A DNA stretch of 64,000 nucleotides from Malacoraja senta (taxonomy: Eukaryota). The position numbers were made by a program, and so were the translations under genes. The stretch spans positions 930,001 to 994,000 of the forward strand of contig CM075990.1 in NCBI GenBank assembly GCA_038087875.1. Reading direction: 5' to 3'. The first letter of the stretch is position 1, and every line of letters begins with the position of its first letter. The notes under the pieces are model-generated. The model was not told the DNA's origin and did not search any database. It saw only the letters and a list, made by a program, of their open reading frames with translations. Shown here in pieces: positions 61,012 to 64,000 of this stretch.

Positions 61012-61386
61012 TCCAGAGACGCTGCCCGACCCGCTGAGTTACACCAGCACTTTGTGTCTTTCTGTAGAAGGGAGCTGCCTGTTTGGGGCGGTGTTTTGCT
61101 GCTTGCAGTGTGAGGCTGGTTACAGGTCTACAGGGGAATAAATGACCACAGTGATGTTATCTGGTCAGTGGCTCCGGTTAAACTGGAGCTGAGACCAACG
61201 CACATGAGGACATTGTTTTCATGACTGTATCAGCCTCATCTATTAATTGAAAGATCGAAAAAACAGAGCACGGAAACAGGCCCTTCGGCCCATCGAGTCC
61301 ATGCCAACCAGTGATCACCCGTTCACACTAGTTCTATGTTATTCCATCCACTTTTTCATCCACTCCCTACACACTAAGGGCAATTT
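61012..61386 (-). repeat. Arm 2 of the inverted duplication (partner 54247-54609)
   Basis: Reverse-complement match. Confidence 0.93.
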
Positions 61387-61459
61387 TTCAGAGGCCAATT
61401 AACTTACAAACATACACATTTAGTTTAGTTTAATTGTTTAGTTAAGTATGGAAACAGGC

Positions 61460-62225
61460 CCTACTATCTAAATGGTGTCAAGTTGGGAAAAGGGGAAGTA
61501 CAACGGGATCTGGGGGTCCTTGTACATCAGGCCATGAAAGTAAGCATGCAGGTACAGCAGGCAGTGAAGAAAGCGAATGGCATGTTGGCCTTTATAACAA
61601 GAGGAATCGAATATAGGAGCAAAGAAGTCCTTCTGCAGTTGTACAGAGCCCTAGTGAGACCACACCTGGAGTATTGTGTGCAGTTTTGGTCCCCTAATTT
61701 GAGGAAGCACATTCTTGCTATTGAGGGAGTGCAGCGTAGGTTTACAAGGTTAATTCCCGGGATGGCGGGACTGTCATATGCTGAGAGAATGGAGCAGCTG
61801 GGCTTGTACACTCTGGAGTTTGGAAGGATGAGAGGGTATCTCATTGAAACATATAAGATTGTTAAGGGCTTGGACACGCTAGAGGCAGGAAACATGTTCC
61901 CGATGTTGGGGGAGTCCAGAACCAGGGGCCACACACAGTTTAAGAATAAGGAGTAAGCCATTTAGAACGGAGACGAGGTAACACTTTTTCTCACAGAGAG
62001 TGGTGAGTCTGTGGAATTCTCTGCCTCAGAGGGCGGTGGAGGCAGGTTCTCTGGATGCTTTCAAGAAAGAACTAGATAGGGTTCTTAAAGATAGGGGAGT
62101 CAGGGGATATGGGGAGATGGCAGGAACGGGGTACTGATTGGGGATGATCAGCCATGATCACATTGAATGGCTGTGCTGGCTCGAAGGGCCGAATGGCCTA
62201 CTCCTGCACCTATTGTCTATTGTCT
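61460..62225 (+). mobile_element. Young CR1 LINE 3' end
   Basis: [40 protein letters not shown], followed by the tail. Confidence 0.95.
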
Positions 62226-62849
62226 TTGGCCCCACAAATTCACACCAACCATTGATCACCCTTTCACACTAGTTCTATGTTATCCCACTTTCCCATCCAC
62301 CCCCATCACACTAGGGGTAATTTATTGAGGCTAATTAACCTACAAACCCGCACGTCTTTGGGATGTGGGTGGAAATTGGAGCACCCGGAGAAAACCCTCA
62401 GGGTCACAGGAAGAATGTGCAAACTGCACACAGACAGCATCCGAGGTCAGGATCGAACCTGGGCCTGTGGCCCTGTGAAGCAGTGGCTCTACCAGCTGCT
62501 TGGAGTTACTCACTAATCATGGGTCACATCTTCCACATAGAAACACAGTGAGCAGGTTAACAGTGGTGTCGTTGTGTGACAGGGAGGACATGGCCAGGCA
62601 GTATCCCAGTAATTCACGGACATCCTTATCCAGCCCCAATATCAGCAGAGCTCTTTAAAGTAGCAGCCAGTAAGTGTCAGGAGACCATAGACATTAATAT
62701 CTCAGCGGGACAGGCAGCATCTCTGGAGAGAAGGAATGGGTGATGTTTCAGGTCAAGACCCTTCTTCAGACCAGTCGGGGGAAAGGGAAACGAGAGAAAT
62801 AGATGATGATGTAGAGAGATAAAGAACAAATGACTGAAAGATATGCAAA

Positions 62850-63080
62850 ATCATACCACTGGTTGTAAGCTGCTCAAGCGAAATATGAGACGCTGTTCCT
62901 CCAATTTGCGATTAGCCCCACTCTGACAATGGAGGAGGCCGAGGACAGGAAGGTCAGTATGGAATGGGAAGGAGAATTGAAGTGTTTAGCATCCGAGAGA
63001 TCAGGTAGTTCCAGGCGGACTGAGCGAAAGTGTTCGGCCAGTCTACGTTTGGTCTCGCCGATGTGTAAAAGTCTACATCT
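62850..63080 (-). mobile_element. Penelope GIY-YIG fragment
   Basis: Minus strand LLHIGETKRRLAEHFRSV...VAKHFN-like...KLEEQRLIFRL. Confidence 0.8.
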
Positions 63081-63475
63081 TGATACGGATACAAGAGTTT
63101 GAGGATGGGAAACTGAACAAACCAGATAACTGGAGGTGCTGAAAAGATAATTGAATTCAAGGTACAGATGGCAAGTGATGTTTCAGGTTTGGGCACTTCT
63201 CCAGACTGAGGGATCCCAACCCAAACCATTGTCTGTCCATTCCCTCCACAGATGCTGCCTGAACCGCTGAGTTCCTACTGAGTTCCTGAGCACTTAGTAC
63301 TTTGCTAAAGATTCCAGCATCTGTGGTTCCTTGTGTCTCCAATAACTGAAGAGAGACACAAAATGCTGGAATAACTCAGCGGGTCAGGCTGCATCTCTGG
63401 AGAGAAGGAATGGGTGACATTTCTGGTTAAGACCCTTCTTCAGCCGTCTCCAATAATCCACTCTTTCTGTTTCAG

Positions 63476-63586
63476 GGAACATATGGCTTGTCCAAACCAA
63501 ATTGCTTGAATGGACATTTTAAGAGGCTCTCGGATGGAAAAGAGTTCAGCGTGATGAGAGAAGTTAGTGGTGATACACTGGTGCAG
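63476..63586 (+). CDS. fabp2: FABP2-like coding exon 3 (GTYGLSKPNCLNGHFKRLSDGKEFSVMREVSGDTLVQ)
   Basis: CTCTTTCTGTTTCAG acceptor and CAG|GTAGGT donor; 111 nt, phase 0 to 0; aligns with FABP2 GTW..EGNKL.GKFKR.D.G.EL...REI.GDELVQ. Not present in the supplied ORF track. Confidence 0.93.
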
Positions 63587-63707
63587 GTAGGTCATGGATG
63601 GATGAAGGTTTAGTGGAGTCCACTGCAAATTGGAAATTCTGGTGGTTTGGGCTTGGGACAGGCGAGGCTTGTGGATGAAGCCACCCTCGTCCCACAATAG
63701 AAACTTG

Positions 63708-63900
63708 GGGTGGCACAGTGGCGCAACAGTAGCGCTTCCGCCTCACAGTACCAGAGACCTAGGTTCAATCCTGACTTTGGGTGTTGTTTGTGTGGAGTTT
63801 GCACGTTCTCCCTGTGACCACATGGGTTGTCTCCAGTGCGCCAGTTTCCGCCAAAGACGTGCAGGTTTGTAAGTTAATTGGCTTCTGTAGTGTGTAGGAT
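63708..63900 (+). mobile_element. HE1/V-SINE-type SINE (partial)
   Basis: Head and core match the family consensus. Confidence 0.8.
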
Positions 63901-64000
63901 AACCATATAACCATATAACCATATAACAATTACAGCATCGGAAAACAGGCCATCTCGGCCCTTCGAGTCCGATGCCGACCCACTGTCTCACCCTGTACAC

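Overview
This is eukaryotic, repeat-dense DNA, very probably from an elasmobranch (skate, ray or shark), judged by abundant HE1/V-SINE-type tRNA-derived SINEs and CR1/HER1-type LINEs that share their 3' tail. Host genes: (1) three spliced + strand exons (55991-56057, 60442-60614, 63476-63586) of a divergent, Cys-containing intestinal fatty-acid-binding protein (FABP2-like), with exon 4 beyond the window; (2) a disabled ZFP36/tristetraprolin-family copy on the - strand (about 6320-7140). Mobile DNA: a structurally complete DIRS tyrosine-recombinase retrotransposon with ITRs and an internal complementary region (44477-49776) inserted in a CR1 LINE; a decayed class I endogenous retrovirus with a tRNA-Ser primer-binding site (about 24811-32177); a 2.1-kb Harbinger derivative carrying a MADF ORF, plus related MITEs; a non-autonomous Helitron inserted at A|T inside a Penelope RT; Penelope elements whose terminal repeats carry minimal hammerhead-ribozyme-like cores; and Tc1, Rex1 and CR1 fragments. 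There are also two local inverted duplications of about 300-370 bp, one of which brackets FABP exons 1-2. All identifications come from reading the sequence by eye; no database search was run and many repeat boundaries are approximate.
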